Positions 50,729 through 63,700 of a stretch of 64,000 bases of DNA are shown here, in pieces (position 1 is the first letter of the stretch; each line of letters begins with the position of its first letter). The translations under genes were made by a program, and so were the position numbers. The notes beneath the pieces were generated by a model. It was given only the letters and a program-made list of their open reading frames with translations. It made no database searches and was not told the DNA's origin. This DNA comes from Eledone cirrhosa (taxonomy: Eukaryota): positions 69,564,001 to 69,628,000 of the forward strand of contig OZ024746.1 in assembly GCA_964016885.1 (NCBI GenBank). Direction: 5' to 3'.

Positions 50729-50939
50729 ATGCCAGCCAAAATTGTTATCACTTCATCAAATTCGCGATCGATCAATATAGCACTGGGTTGCCTTACCCTT
50801 GGGCTATTGTTGTTCCTTATCGGGTTTTCCACCACACATTGGATTGTGCTAGCCGAAAACTCCACCGGACTTTGGAAAGGACAAGTTTGCGCTGGTACAA
50901 GTTGTGTGGACTTCTCTACAGTCAGCAAATACACAGCTG
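50729..50939 (+). CDS. First coding exon of a claudin/PMP22/EMP/MP20-like tetraspan membrane protein
   Basis: TM helix followed by W-x7-GLW-x4-C-x4-C; exon ends at a G|GTAAGT donor (50940). Downstream exons not identified. Confidence 0.75.
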
Positions 50940-51493
50940 GTAAGTTACCTTCTATAATGTCATGCTCGTTCTTTACACTTTTACCTCTTTCCTTATTTAT
51001 TTACCACTTCACTCAGAATACAAACTCCTCCGTCAAACCGTATACTAATTTACCTTCTTTTACTACCTCCCATTTAACATTATATATAATGGTGTGTCTG
51101 GGCCGTCAAAATTGGTAGTGATTCTACACATGGCTTACTGGAAGGAGTGGAAGAAAGACAAAGGTTCTATGAAGCATGATGTAGTGACCAAAATACTATA
51201 CAATGCTCCCCAAACTGCTGTGTTCCTCTGCAAACTTGGGAGGAGTGCATTCCACCTAAGAGAAGAACCTACTTAAGGTTGTCCGCGAGATTCAGCTGAG
51301 TTATACCGCTTAGACTGGTGTGTAGTGTTTGTCCACACACACACCCAACCCCCACCCACCCCACCTACTTTCTCTTAATTTCGTTATTTAATATTTTTTC
51401 TTTCTTTTTGATTTTTGTTTTATTGCATCGTTTATCTGTAGGTCAATACATTAATTTTTCTGAACTAACGTTTCAGAGAGAGAGAGAAAAAAA

Positions 51494-51535
<42 letters not shown>

Positions 51536-51831
51536 CACAGTGAAGAGGGCGGGAAAAATGAGACAGGTAGAAAAAGAAAATGAGCGAGAGAGAAAGAATG
51601 AGGGAAAATAAGGTGAAAGAAGGGAGACTGTGTACGGGTGCAATATATGTAAGGATGGACATTTTATGCGTGAGTGTGTGTACGTGTATGTAGTGTGTGT
51701 ACGTGTATGAGTTTGTACGTGCATGTGTATATGTACGTGTGTGTGTTTTCCTAGAAAACAGAGCAACATTCACCATTCTATATAAACTCACGATAGTTTT
51801 GGAAATTTAACAGGGGTACAGGAGAATATAT

Positions 51832-52008
51832 AATTGTTTCTACTTTTGACACAAGGCCAGAAATTATCCCAGTACATCACTAGTGCTTTATTTCATCGAC
51901 CCCGTAATGATGAAAGGCAAAGTTAACCTCGGATTTGAACTCAGTCCATAAAGGGGCGTAACTCTGTGCTGGAAAGCATGGCGTCCGACTCTCTACCGTT
52001 ACTGCCAA
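51832..52008 (-). mobile_element. tRNA-derived SINE
   Basis: Homologous to 41503-41690. Confidence 0.8.
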
Positions 52009-52109
52009 AAAGTAAAAATTAATGAGAGGAGATTAAAAAGCATTTTTGTAGAAAAAATGAAAGGAAAGAAAAAGGCAAGAAGACATTGGTAAAATGTTAT
52101 TTCCCTTCT

Positions 52110-54420
52110 CGCAGAATGTGCTGGCTTATATGTTTAGGAGCGAGTGTAGCATCAATATTTTAAAAAAAAGTGGCTCACGAAGGCTTTTTTTTATAAATGT
52201 AATTTAATTGGTTATAAATGAAATTTTGATTGTCACGTGAACAAGTGCATCCTTTACATTTAATGGCATAAATTAGATTTTTTGATGAGCAAGTGAAGTA
52301 ATTTTTTACAGCAAAATTTTGTCCTGATTGAAATGTATACGTGTTGCCTTCAATGAGGTGAGTGCAGGTTCCACAATTGGAGCGACCACATTTTTTGACA
52401 GTTGGTTGTGGGTTTGTGGTAGGTAATTTGGCATTAGTTAGTAATGTTTTTAGTGATTTCGGTTGTCTTTTGCTTTTGATTATTTTGTGTGTTTCAAGGG
52501 CTTTTTTCATTCTTGGGTCTTGTTTCAATAGTGGAATGTTCTTGTGAATAATGTTGTAAGCTTCCGCATTTCTTGGGTTGTGTGTTGAGATATATGATAG
52601 AATATTGGACGTACCTTGAATTTGTTTCTGTTTTCGTAATTCATCAATGCTTATTGCTTTAGCCCTTTCTATTCCATTATTTATTAGTAATGGTGGGTAC
52701 TGTCTTTCGAGTAGAATTTCCTTTAATTCTCTTTTATTTCGTGTTTCATAATTGGAGACAATTGTTCAAATTCTTCTTGCTATGTTAAAAGGGATGTTCG
52801 TCTTCGTGTGCTTTGGATGGTTGGAGGTGAATAGCATGTATTGTTTGGAATCTGTTGGTTTGTAGTGTATGTCAGTTTCAATATTTATGTCTTTTTTTAA
52901 GATTAAGATGTCCAGAAATGGGAGTTGATCTTGGCTGTATTCCATTGTGAATTGGATGTGGTTATTGATGCCGTTAATTAAATTTTTGAAATCATTTAGT
53001 TGGTCGAGTGTGTGAGATTAAAGAATGAGACAATCATCCAAGTAGCGTTTCCAATTCTCTGATAAATATTTGTAGAAGTTCAATCCGTATTTTGATTTGG
53101 ACTGTTCATATATCTGGACTTCCAAGTATGCCATGACTAAGTTGGCATAAGTTGGAGCGGCTTTTGTACCCATCGCAGTCCCTGATATTTGCTTGTAAGT
53201 ACTGCCACCGAAATCAAAAAAGTTGTTCTGTAAAATAAATTTTAATCCCTCGGCGATGAAGCTTTTTTCTATTCTGTCAGGTATCTCATTGAGATATTTC
53301 TCTAGCCAGAATCCTATTGCTTCTAGTCCGTATTGGTGTGGGATCGTTGTGTAGAGATTCACTACATCGAAAGACACAATAATAGTGTCGTTGTTGACAT
53401 GTTTGGGGAGGTGGTTTTTAGAGGTCCAGATCGTCTCTTACAAGTGTTTGAGAATTGGTTTTAGTAGTATGTCTATAAAGTTGCTTAGTCTGTGTGCTTC
53501 ACATTGTGGGCCCGCTACAATTGGTCTTAATTTAAGTTCTGTGGGGTATTGTTTTTTCACGCAGGTTGAGGTGGATTGTTTACAGGCATCGGAAGTCCGT
53601 AAAGGTTGCTGGTTTTGTATTCAAAATGTGTCAAATAATCGCGTTCCTTTTTAGTTAAGTCTTCCTGGTATCGACAAATGAATGTGTTTAATCTTTAGTT
53701 TTTTACTCTTTCATAGTAGTTAGTATTTTGTAAGAGAGAGAACATAGAATTTTTATATTGTTCAGCATCCATAATGACGACAGTATTTCCCTTGTCCGCT
53801 TCATTAATTATAATGTCCGTATTGTTTTTTTAGTTCATGGATAATCTAGTTCATTTATAACCAATCAAATTACATTTCAGCACATCAGTCATACTCAGAC
53901 CAACTCTCTCCATTCCTTTTTCTTGACCATTATCTTTTGTTTGGCACAAAATTCTCTAAATGGCTATAAAATAATTCCAAAATACGGGCGCGAAATTTAA
54001 TGTACTTGTTCACGTGGCAGTCATAATTTCATTTATAACCAATCAAATTACATTCATAAAAAAAGCCTTCGTGAGCCACTTTTTTTAAAGTAAAAAGAAA
54101 TTCAAACATAAGCTGGCGCAAAAGCTGATGTGCTTATTCACGTGATGCATAGACTACCATGACTGAATCTTAACCATCTACTATGTCAGGGTATGTCATG
54201 CATCATCTTATTTTATCTGATGAGGACGTACGGTTGAAGTTAACTCAGTACCTCTGAAATATGTATAATAAAATATACTTGATCACAAGAATATTTATTT
54301 TGTTAATATTTTGAATTAATATTAATAACTCTGGAAAACCATTTTTTGTTGAGTGCTTCCAATCTATTGTAAAACCCATTCTTTGATTTATTCATTGAAC
54401 CTTGTTTAACTTTTAAATAT
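52110..54420 (-). mobile_element. Degenerate PLE (Neptune-like Cys linker) with inverted pLTR at ~53850-54420
   Basis: SFDVVNLYTTIP, GTAMGTKAAPTYANL, RYLDD; CGRSNCGTC linker; NLIYAIKC (GIY-YIG start, remainder deleted). 52160-52250 is inverted at ~54000-54090. Confidence 0.85.
54209..54275 (+). ncRNA. Type I hammerhead ribozyme (canonical core) in inverted pLTR
   Basis: tattttat-CTGATGA-ggacgtac..gtacctct-GAAA-tatgta-TA-ataaaata; 8-bp stem I. Confidence 0.8.
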
Positions 54421-54540
54421 ATATGTATATGTATGGTGCGTGTGTTTCTTATTGGCAACATGACCCTCCCAAAGTATAACAATATCGATTTCAACACACG
54501 ATTTCAGATAAAGAATCTTGCTAAACAAATTCAGAAACGA

Positions 54541-54591
<51 letters not shown>

Positions 54592-54751
54592 TAAGGGTGA
54601 AAGCACCCATTCTTTGCTTAACCTTTAATGTTATTTTAATAAATATTTGCTCTATGGTTTTATATATTTTGATATATATTGTCCTTATCGAGCCCTCTTC
54701 GGATTTTAGTCTTCACAATTATTATTATTACTATATATATATATATATATA

Positions 54752-55310
54752 CATTATGAAGAGAGAAGAAACATTTAGATATAATTAGTAATAAAATGTA
54801 TCATACCTAAACTGTTCCTAAATTCCTCGACTACGTAGTTTCGTGGCATAAACAAAAACAATATATCAAAGATATATATTCGTGGTTATAAGAGGCTTAG
54901 CTCTGTTTCTCGACCGTTATATCGCGTGACTGTCTCCCCCTCCGCCTTTTGGGATTCTTTCTCACGTCGTGTAGACGCGTTCTTGAGACTAGTAAAATGA
55001 GGTATCCTCTTGATAAGTCGGCAGACCTCGCAAGGACTCTATATCTTTGATATATTGTTTTTTGTTTATGCCACGAAACTACGTAGTCGAGGAATTTAGG
55101 AACAGTTTAGGTATGATACATTTTATTACTAATTATATCTAAATGTTTCTTCTCTCTTCATAATGTATTTTTAACTCTGATACTGGTTCAGTCTGGTTCA
55201 AACTGAATTGGTCTGTCCCAGTCATTCATTGAGCAACATCGGTGAAGTTGGCACCCTTAACTCACAGTTGGGTGCGGATGCATTCATGTATATATGTGTG
55301 TGTCCGCATG
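54752..55310 (+). mobile_element. Small non-coding foldback element in (TA)n (arms ~54752-54877 / 55039-55166)
   Basis: Reverse-complement arms; contains an HHR. Confidence 0.65.
55005..55093 (+). ncRNA. Type I hammerhead ribozyme, U3-A8 core variant
   Basis: tcctc-TTGATAA-gt(c)ggca...tgccac-GAAA-ctacgtag-TC-gagga; GUC triplet; palindromic stem III. Confidence 0.8.
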
Positions 55311-55324
55311 TATCTGTGTGTTTC

Positions 55325-55472
<148 letters not shown>

Positions 55473-55633
55473 TATATAAGCAAATAGTAGAAAGGATAAA
55501 GATTTTCAATAATATAAAAATATTAATTTATTTACAAAGTGGATATATTTCCGCATTTAGTATACCGGTTTCAGCATTATATGCATTGTCAATTGCGAAT
55601 ATGCATGATATTGTTAAGTTGCATATTTATACA

Positions 55634-55685
<52 letters not shown>

Positions 55686-55927
55686 TTTTCTTTATTAACC
55701 ACAAGGGTTTACATAAAGTAGACATTAAGGACAGTACATGACAATACAGGACGGTACAAATGGGCATTTCTGCGTGTAAAAAAACAGAGGATGTAATAAA
55801 ATAACAAAGAAAAATTCCCCAATAGGGGGGAGACTTCCGAGGGACATTTGTGGAGAAAGCCCATTAAAAGACCACAGTGACCCTGACCACCAGGGCAAGT
55901 GCCCTCTCCCAGTTTTCCACCTTTAAT

Positions 55928-58900
55928 TTACAGACACATACTCAGAGAAGGCCCATTCATTCGGGCCATACTTGCTTCTCTTACCCATCTTTCAACAAAA
56001 TGCTGGGAAGAGAGCACTTCCCTCTCTACCCTGATTTTCCTTTTCAAATGAAATTTGAAAAAGTTAATCAGGGCATCACCGAAGAGGTAAGTGCTCGTCT
56101 TCAGCCCTTTCAAACGTGTCCACCATACTATCTCTTTCGCCATGGCCACCAGACAGATAAAAACTGCCTGCCCTTCCCGGCTAAAGGAAGAGGGCAGGGC
56201 AATCCTCACGATGGACTCAGCTGATAGCTGGATCCGTCCTACACGTGACAGCAGGTGTTCGACATAAACCCACAAGTCAGCAATGCTCGGACACTGGACG
56301 AGTGCGTACAGGACGGTTTCGTCGCCCTGCACGCATCTCGGAGATGCCCGACTGACGGCACCTCCATGCCTGTAGAGTTTATCCCGAACTGGCAAAGCTC
56401 CCCTGTAGCACTGCCAGGCCAGGGATTTCTGGAAGTTGTCCATAGGCTCCGGCCCGAAGGTCCTTCCGAAGAGATTGGCTAGTTGATTTTCGTCGACGCC
56501 TAGAGTTTCTCCAAGTACGTCGTCGCTCTTCCCCTCCACTAATCCCCTATAGAACGCCAAGGTGGAGTTTCCACCGATCACATTGCCTGATTGGTCGAGG
56601 GCTGTGAGCGCCTGAAGACATTCCAGTCTCCAAGCGCTCCCTCTCGGTCTTCGCTTGACCCAGGACTGCAGCTCCGTCATGGAGACGAGCTGGGGAAAAA
56701 CGTGTCTAGCAAACGGCGACCATACCTGATCACCGTCGAGGAAGAGGTGGAGATGCCGTAGCCTGAGCGCGTGTCTGCGCATCATCAGCCACGGCATGCC
56801 CAGCCCTCCACGTAGCGGGTGTTGACAGCAGATGGACCGCCTGAACATCGGAGCGCGTCCCTTCCACAAGAAGCGAAAGAGCAAACGCTCCAGCGCAGTC
56901 AGGCGGGGCTTAGGACAAGGTACAACGGTCAGGTGGTAGTAGATGACGGACACGATGTACGCGTTAGCCACCTCCGCTCGACCTTTCAGGGATAGCTTCC
57001 TCTCGGCATATTTCTGGGTGAGAGAAGCCACCCTGCTCGTCACCTCGTCCCAGTTTTTGTCCGTCTGGAGGTCTGGACCAAACCAGACCCCTAGTAATTT
57101 AACCGGTCCGTCCGTCCAGCGCCCGACGACGCTGTTGGACGGCATGGACCTGCCTCTCCAGGTGCTGAGCTGTGGACCCACTGACTTTTCCTGGTTGATC
57201 ATTGCTCCTGTCACCGCTTCGTATTCTCTTAGTGTAGTGCCGATCGCCTCGATGGGTTTGGCGTTCGACACCACTACAGTGACATCGTCCGCATATGCTG
57301 ACACGGATCTTCCGCATCTTAGTTCGCGCGGGAGCCCCCTCAACGTCTCCAGTTTGTGCAGTAATGGCTCGAGAGTCGATACGTACAATAGGGACGAGAG
57401 GGGACATCCTTGGCGGACCGAGCGCATGATGTTGAACGGTTCCGAAAGGTGACCGTTCACTCTCACTACAGAGCAGATGTCGCTGTGCATGGCAGCGATC
57501 CAGCCTCTGAAGACGGGCCCAAAGCCAGCCGCCCTCAGGACTGCCGCTAGGTAACGATGGTCGACCCTATCGAAGGCTTTCGACTGATCTAAATTGATCA
57601 AAGACCTACCCGTGCCAGGTTCCCTAGCTACCCTCTCTACGATGTATCGCATGAGGTGGAGGTTGTCGTGGATGGATCTGTCGGGAATGGCGCATGTCTG
57701 TGCCTCCCCCACCAGACCACCAACGACAAGCGCCAACCTCTTTGCTAGCACCTTGGCCAAAATCTTGAACTCTGTGTTTAGCAGAGTTATGGGCCTAAAA
57801 TTATCTATGTTATCCCCCTTGTTCGGATCCTTTCTCAGCAGCGCCACCGCTCCTCGGCTCACAGAGCTGGGAATTCTCCCGTTCTGTTGCCAGTTGCAGT
57901 AGACGTCCGCCAAGAGGCCTCCGAACAAGTCTGGCATTTGTACGTAAAGTTCATAGGGCAGACCATCCAAACCAGGCGATTTACCCCTTGTGCAGCCAGT
58001 CATTGCCTCCCGTACTTCAGCTGTTGTTATCGGCTTTTCGCAACACTCCGCCTCAGTGGCCGAGAGCCGCGGCAGTCCGTCGAGGTAGACACTAAAGTCC
58101 ATCCCTCTACCCGGCCCCCCGCTGCCCCCGAACAGCTGAGCGAAGTGTCGCTGAAAAGCTTCACACATTTGCCCGGGATCGAGTAGCATGCGCCCGTCGT
58201 GGTCCACCAAAGACCGGATCGTGGTTTTGTTGCCACGACGCGCCTCCGCCACTCGGGCCCATTGAACGGCTTTCGTCCCCTCGTGTCTGAGAGCACGCAC
58301 CCTAGCTCTGACAACGCAGCCTTCGTGCTTTGCATTGAAGAATTGGTCAAGGGCCAATTTCGCCGCAAGTACGTCAGTCGCGATGCCTTTGCTAAGCGCC
58401 TCGTCTAATTTTCTAACTAATTCTCCCTCTGCTCTATTTTTCTCTATTGCTAAAGCCTTACTAAACCTAATGGACTCTATTCTAATTGCTCTTTTCAGAG
58501 CAAACCACCACTTGTTGTTGACGATGGCCCCCGTCAACGCCCGCTTAACTAGTTCGCTAATCCGGTCTCTGTAGGACTTGCGCGCTGGTAAGGACGCGTT
58601 TAGCTTCCAGTAGCCGGGTCCTCGTCTATGAAGCCTATCTAAGTCAAGCACACAGATCACGAATTTGTGGTCCGTGTAGCTGACTATCTTGAATTGTGGA
58701 CAGCCTATGCTAGACCTATCTATTTCCCTACAAAATACTCTATCTAGATATCATCTGGATGACCCTATGCGATTTGTCCAAGTCCACATTGGTACATTCG
58801 GGAAATCCATTCGGTACCTGTCAGACAGTTCAAAACGCCTGAGCAGGTTGGTGAGACTCTTGCACCCTCCTTCCCTATCCACTAATCCCACACAATCCCA

Positions 58901-59347
58901 GCGTGCATCTAAGATCCCGTTCCAGTCGCCCACTAACACTAAAGAGCGGGACGTTCCAAGAAAGGTCTCTAGACGCCGGAAGAAATCAGGCCGCCCTGCT
59001 CCTGTCGGGGCATAGACGGCCACTAACCTGAAAGCTTGCCCGTCTCCGCTGGTCACGTCCAGCACCACCAACTTACCTTCTGGGTCCAGGAAGATGGCCC
59101 GTATGGCAAGATCCAAACCTCTCCGAAAAAGCACAGCAACTCCTCCCCCCGATCCCGGACGGCTGGGAGATGCGTACACATCGTAGCCGCCGAAGATCGG
59201 TGCGAAAGCCTGTGCTTCGGAGATTCTGGTCTCGCTGATGGCCACTACATCTATGTTTAGTGACCTGAGGTCGTTGAGCAGGTGGCCCTGCTTCCATGAC
59301 GACCCCAAGCCACGCGCATTTATGCTGCCTATTCTGAGTGAGGTCAT
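55928..59347 (-). pseudogene. Tx1-B ORF2 (APE-RT-zf), open except one in-frame TGA at 58751-58753
   Basis: ORFs 58751-59347 and 55928-58660 are in the same frame; APE and RT motifs intact. Confidence 0.92.
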
Positions 59348-59381
59348 GTTGAAAAGGAGTGGAAAAGATGGGAAAGACCAC

Positions 59382-60495
59382 TTACCTTACTTCTCGTAGG
59401 GGAAGGACGGCTTTTCCATCCTTTTCACTGCTTGTGGCCTCCTCAGGAAGGATGTCCTTATAAATCTTCCTGGAGAGTGCTTGTCGGAAGTCTCCGATGT
59501 CTTTGGGGAATTTTTGTTTTGGTGTCATGTACGTTTTCTGTGTGATCAGGAGCTCCATCCCAGATCCGGACCAGTTCTCCTGCTTTTCTTTTGCTATTGC
59601 TATTATCTTGGTGTTGGCTTCGATGCCGGCGAGGACGGCCGCTATTAGCCAGGGAATTTCGATGGCCGGTGGAACGTGGGTCACCCTGATCTTTACGAGT
59701 TTCTGGCCACAATAGCTTGGGACGAGTGTGAAGTCGTCACTTCTTAATGGGGCCATGGAGTGTTCTCTAGCCTCCTCTGGTGTTTCAAAGAACACGTCCA
59801 CGGTTCCATACTTCTGCCCACGTCTGATGTGGGTTTTTCCTGTCCACACATGTCCCAAAGCTTTTTGGATTTGGGACTCGGATGCCCGTTCCACTCGGCG
59901 CGATTTTACATTTATTGCTCGATACGACACGGTGCATAGGCGCCGATGCTCCATTTTATTAGGTGGGGGGGGGGGGGTGAGGCTGACCCTGTACCCATCT
60001 TTCTTTACCACTTATTTGGCATTTTCTAATTCCTCCTGAGTTACCGTAAATGCTTCGCACTGTTTTGCTACTCTGGCAAAAACTCAGGGTGGTTTTTTTA
60101 ATGTCATTGTTGTTGTTGTTGCTATCGTTATTTTTGTTATTATTAATTTTAGTTTCAGTTGTGGTGGTGGTGACGTCAGTGAAGTTCGGTTTGGGAGAGT
60201 CCATTTTGGTTGAAAATATTTCGACATCACGAGTTGATTTATTTTTTCCTTTTGTTTCTGTTGTCGCGGTGGTGGTGGGGGTGGTGGTTGTCGCGGTGGT
60301 GGTGGCGGCTTTAACACCTGCAGTCATTGGTAATGGCGGGAAATGAATGTCTGCCTGAGACAAATTTAAAATATTGCTAGTGCTTAAATTGTGTGCGTTG
60401 GCAGACGTAGTATCATTTACAATGGTGGTGTTGGTGTGAGGTGTTAATTTGTGAGAAAGGCTTTCAGCTGCTTGGTGCAGTGGTGAATTAGCCAT
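59382..60495 (-). pseudogene. Tx1-B ORF1, frameshift at poly-C and ~845-bp deletion removing the zinc knuckle
   Basis: Comparison with 36102-38058. Confidence 0.85.
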
Positions 60496-60713
60496 TTTTT
60501 TTCAAAGAAATTTTTTGATAATCATAAAAGTTTAAATTTTGGGCACAAAGCCCCAATCTTTTTGGGTGTCCTTTTCGGAAAACAATGTATGTGCGCTTAT
60601 ATATAGTTAACAATAAAATTTTTCCATAAATGGCAATTTTTAACAAACGGAAATAACAAACCTTTGCGGAGCTCACGATGATACGATTTACTACGTAGGT
60701 CGCCAATAATAAT

Positions 60714-60751
<38 letters not shown>

Positions 60752-60753
<2 letters not shown>

Positions 60754-63700
60754 TTTTCTTTATTAACCACAAGGGTTCACATAAAGTAGGCATTAAGGAC
60801 AGTACGGGACAATACAGGACGGTACAAATGGGCATTTCTGCGTGTAAAAAAAAACAGAGGTTGAAATAAAATAACAAAGAAAAATTCCCCAATAGGGGGG
60901 AGACTTCCAAGGGACATTTGTGGAGAAAGCCCATTAAAAGACCACAGTGGCCCTGACCACCAGGGCAAGTGCCCTCTCCCAGTTTTCCACCTTTAATTTA
61001 CAGACACATACTCAGAGAAGGCCCATTCATTCGGGCCATACTTGCTTCTCTCACCCATCTTTCAACAAAATGCTGGGAAGAGAGCACTTCCCTCTCTACC
61101 CTGATTTTCCTTTTCAAATGAAATTTGAAAAAGTTAATCAGGGCATCACCGAAGAGGTAAGTGCTCGTCTTCAGCCCTTTCAAACGTGTCCACCATACTA
61201 TCTCTTTCGCCATGGCCACCAGACAGATAAAAACTGCCTGCCCTTCCAGGCTAAAGGAAGGGGGCGGGGCAATCCTCACGATGGACTCAGCTGATAGCTG
61301 GATCCGTCCTACACGTGACAGCAGGTGTTCGACATAAACCCACAAGTCAGCAATGCTCGGACACTGGACGAGTGCGTGCAGGACGGTTTCGTCGCCCTGC
61401 GCGCATCTCGGACATGCCCGGCTGACGGCACCTCCATGCCTGTAGAGTTTATCCCGAACTGGCAAAGCTCCCCGGTAGCACTGCCAGGCCAGGGATTTCT
61501 GGAAGTTGTCCATAGGCCCCGGCCCGAAAGTCCTTCCGAAGAGATTGGCTAGTTGATTTTCGTCGACGCCTAGAGTTTCTCCAAGTACGTCGTCGCTCTT
61601 CCCCTCCACTAATCCCCTATAGAACGCCAAGGTGGAGTTTCCACCGATCACATTGCCCGATTGGTCGAGGGCTGTGAGCGCCTGAAGACATTCCAGTCTC
61701 CAAGCGCTCCCTCTCGGTCTTCGCTTGACCCAGGACTGCAGTCCGTCAAGGAGACGAGCTGGGGAAAAACGTGTCTTGCAAACGGCGACCACACCTGATC
61801 ACCGTCGAGGAAGAGGTGGAGATGTCGTAGCCTGAGCGCGTGTCTGCGCATCATCAGCCACGGCATGCCCAGCCCTCCACGTAGCGGGTGTTGACAGCAG
61901 ATGGACCGCCTGACCATCGGAGCGCGTCCCTTCCACAAGAAGCGAAAGAGCAAACGCTCCAGCGCAGTCAGGCGGGGCTTAGGACAAGGTACGACGGTCA
62001 GGTGGTAGTAGATGACGGATGCGATGTACGCATTCGCCACCTCCGCTCGACCTTTCAGGGATAGCTTCCTCTCGGCCCATTTCTGGGTGAGAGAAGCCAC
62101 CCTGCTCGTCACCTCGTCCCAGTTTTTGTCCGTCTGGAGGTCTGGACCGAACCAGACCCCTAGCAATTTAACCGGTCCGTCCGTCCAGCGCCCGACGACG
62201 CTGTTGGACGGCATGGACCTGCCTCTCCAGGTGCCGAGCTGCAGGCCCACTGACTTTTCCTGGTTGATCATTGCTCCTGTCACCGCTTCGTATTCTCTTA
62301 GTGTAGTGCCGATCGCCTCGATGTGTTTGGCGTTCGACACCACTACGGTGACATCGTCGGCATATGCTGACACGGATCTTCCGCATCCTAGTTCGCGCGG
62401 GACCCCCCTCAACGTCTCCAGTTTGTGCAGTAATGGCTCGAGAGTCAATACGTACAATAGGGACGAGAGGGGACATCCTTGGCGGACCGAGCGCATGATG
62501 TTGAACGGTTCCGAAAGGTGACCGTTCACTCTCACTACAGAGCAGATGTCGCTGTGCATGGCAGCGATCCAGCCTCTGAAGACGGGCCCAAAGCCAGCCG
62601 CCCTCAGGACTGCCGTTAGGTAACGATGGTCGACCCTATCGAAGGCTTTCGACTGATCTAAATTGATCAAAGACCCACCCGTGCCAGGTTCCCTAGCTAC
62701 CCTCTCTACGATGTATCGCATGAGGTGGAGGTTGTCGTGGATGGATCTGTCGGGAATGGCGCATGTCTGTGCCTCTCCCACCAGACCACCAACGACAAGC
62801 GCCAACCTCTTTGCTAGCACCTTGGCCAAAATCTTGAACTCTGTGTTTAGCAGAGTTATGGGCCTAAAATTATCTATGTTATCCCCCTTGTTCGGATCCT
62901 TTCTCAGCAGCGCCACCGCTCCTCGGCTCACAGAGCTGGGAATTCTCCCGTTCTGTTGCCAGTTGCAGTAGACGTCCGCCAAGAGGCCTCCGAACAAGTT
63001 TGGCATTTGTACGTAAAGTTCATAGGGCAGACCATCCAAACCAGGCGATTTACCCCTTGTGCAACTAGTCATTGCATCCCGTACTTCAGCGGTTGTTATC
63101 GGCTTTTCGCAACACTCCGCCTCAGTGGCCGAAAGCCGCGGCAGTCCGTCGAGGTAGACACTAAAGTCCATCCCTCGATCCGGCCCGCCACTGCCCCCGA
63201 ACAGTTGAGCGAAGTGTCGCTGAAAAGCTTCACACATTTGCCCGGGATCGAGTAGCATGCGCCCGTCATGGTCCACCAAAGACCGGATCGTGGCTTTGTT
63301 GCCACGACGCGCCTCCGCCACTCGGGCCCATTGAACGGCTTTCGTCCCCTCGTGTCTGAGAGCACGCACCCTAGCTCTGACAACGCAGCCTTCGTGCTTT
63401 GCATTGAAGAATTGGTCAAGGACCAATTTCGCCGCAAGTACGTCGGTCGCACATTGGTACATTCGGGAAATCCATTCGGTACCTGTCAGACAGTTCAAAA
63501 CGCCTGAGCAGGTTGGTGAGACTCTTGCACCCTCCTTCCCTATCCACTAATCCCACACAATCCCAGCGTGCATCTAAGATCCCGTTCCAGTCGCCCATTA
63601 ACACTAAAGAGCGGGACGTTCCAAGAAAGGTCTCCAGACTCCGGAAGAAATCAGGCCGCCCTGCTCCTGTCGAGGCATAGACGGCCACTAACCTGAAAGC

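Larger units (their letters stand above)
55685..60704 (-). mobile_element. Tx1 family B, both ends intact, internal ORF1 deletion, flanked by (AAT)n
   Basis: 5' ggcgacctacgtag.., 3' ..ttaataaagaaaac(att)n; ORF1 and ORF2 present. Confidence 0.95.

Noticed and set aside
59540-59550. Internal deletions in Tx1-B copies (59546, 63450) as splicing products
   Set aside because: Boundaries are not GT-AG; the 59546 junction shows atc microhomology.
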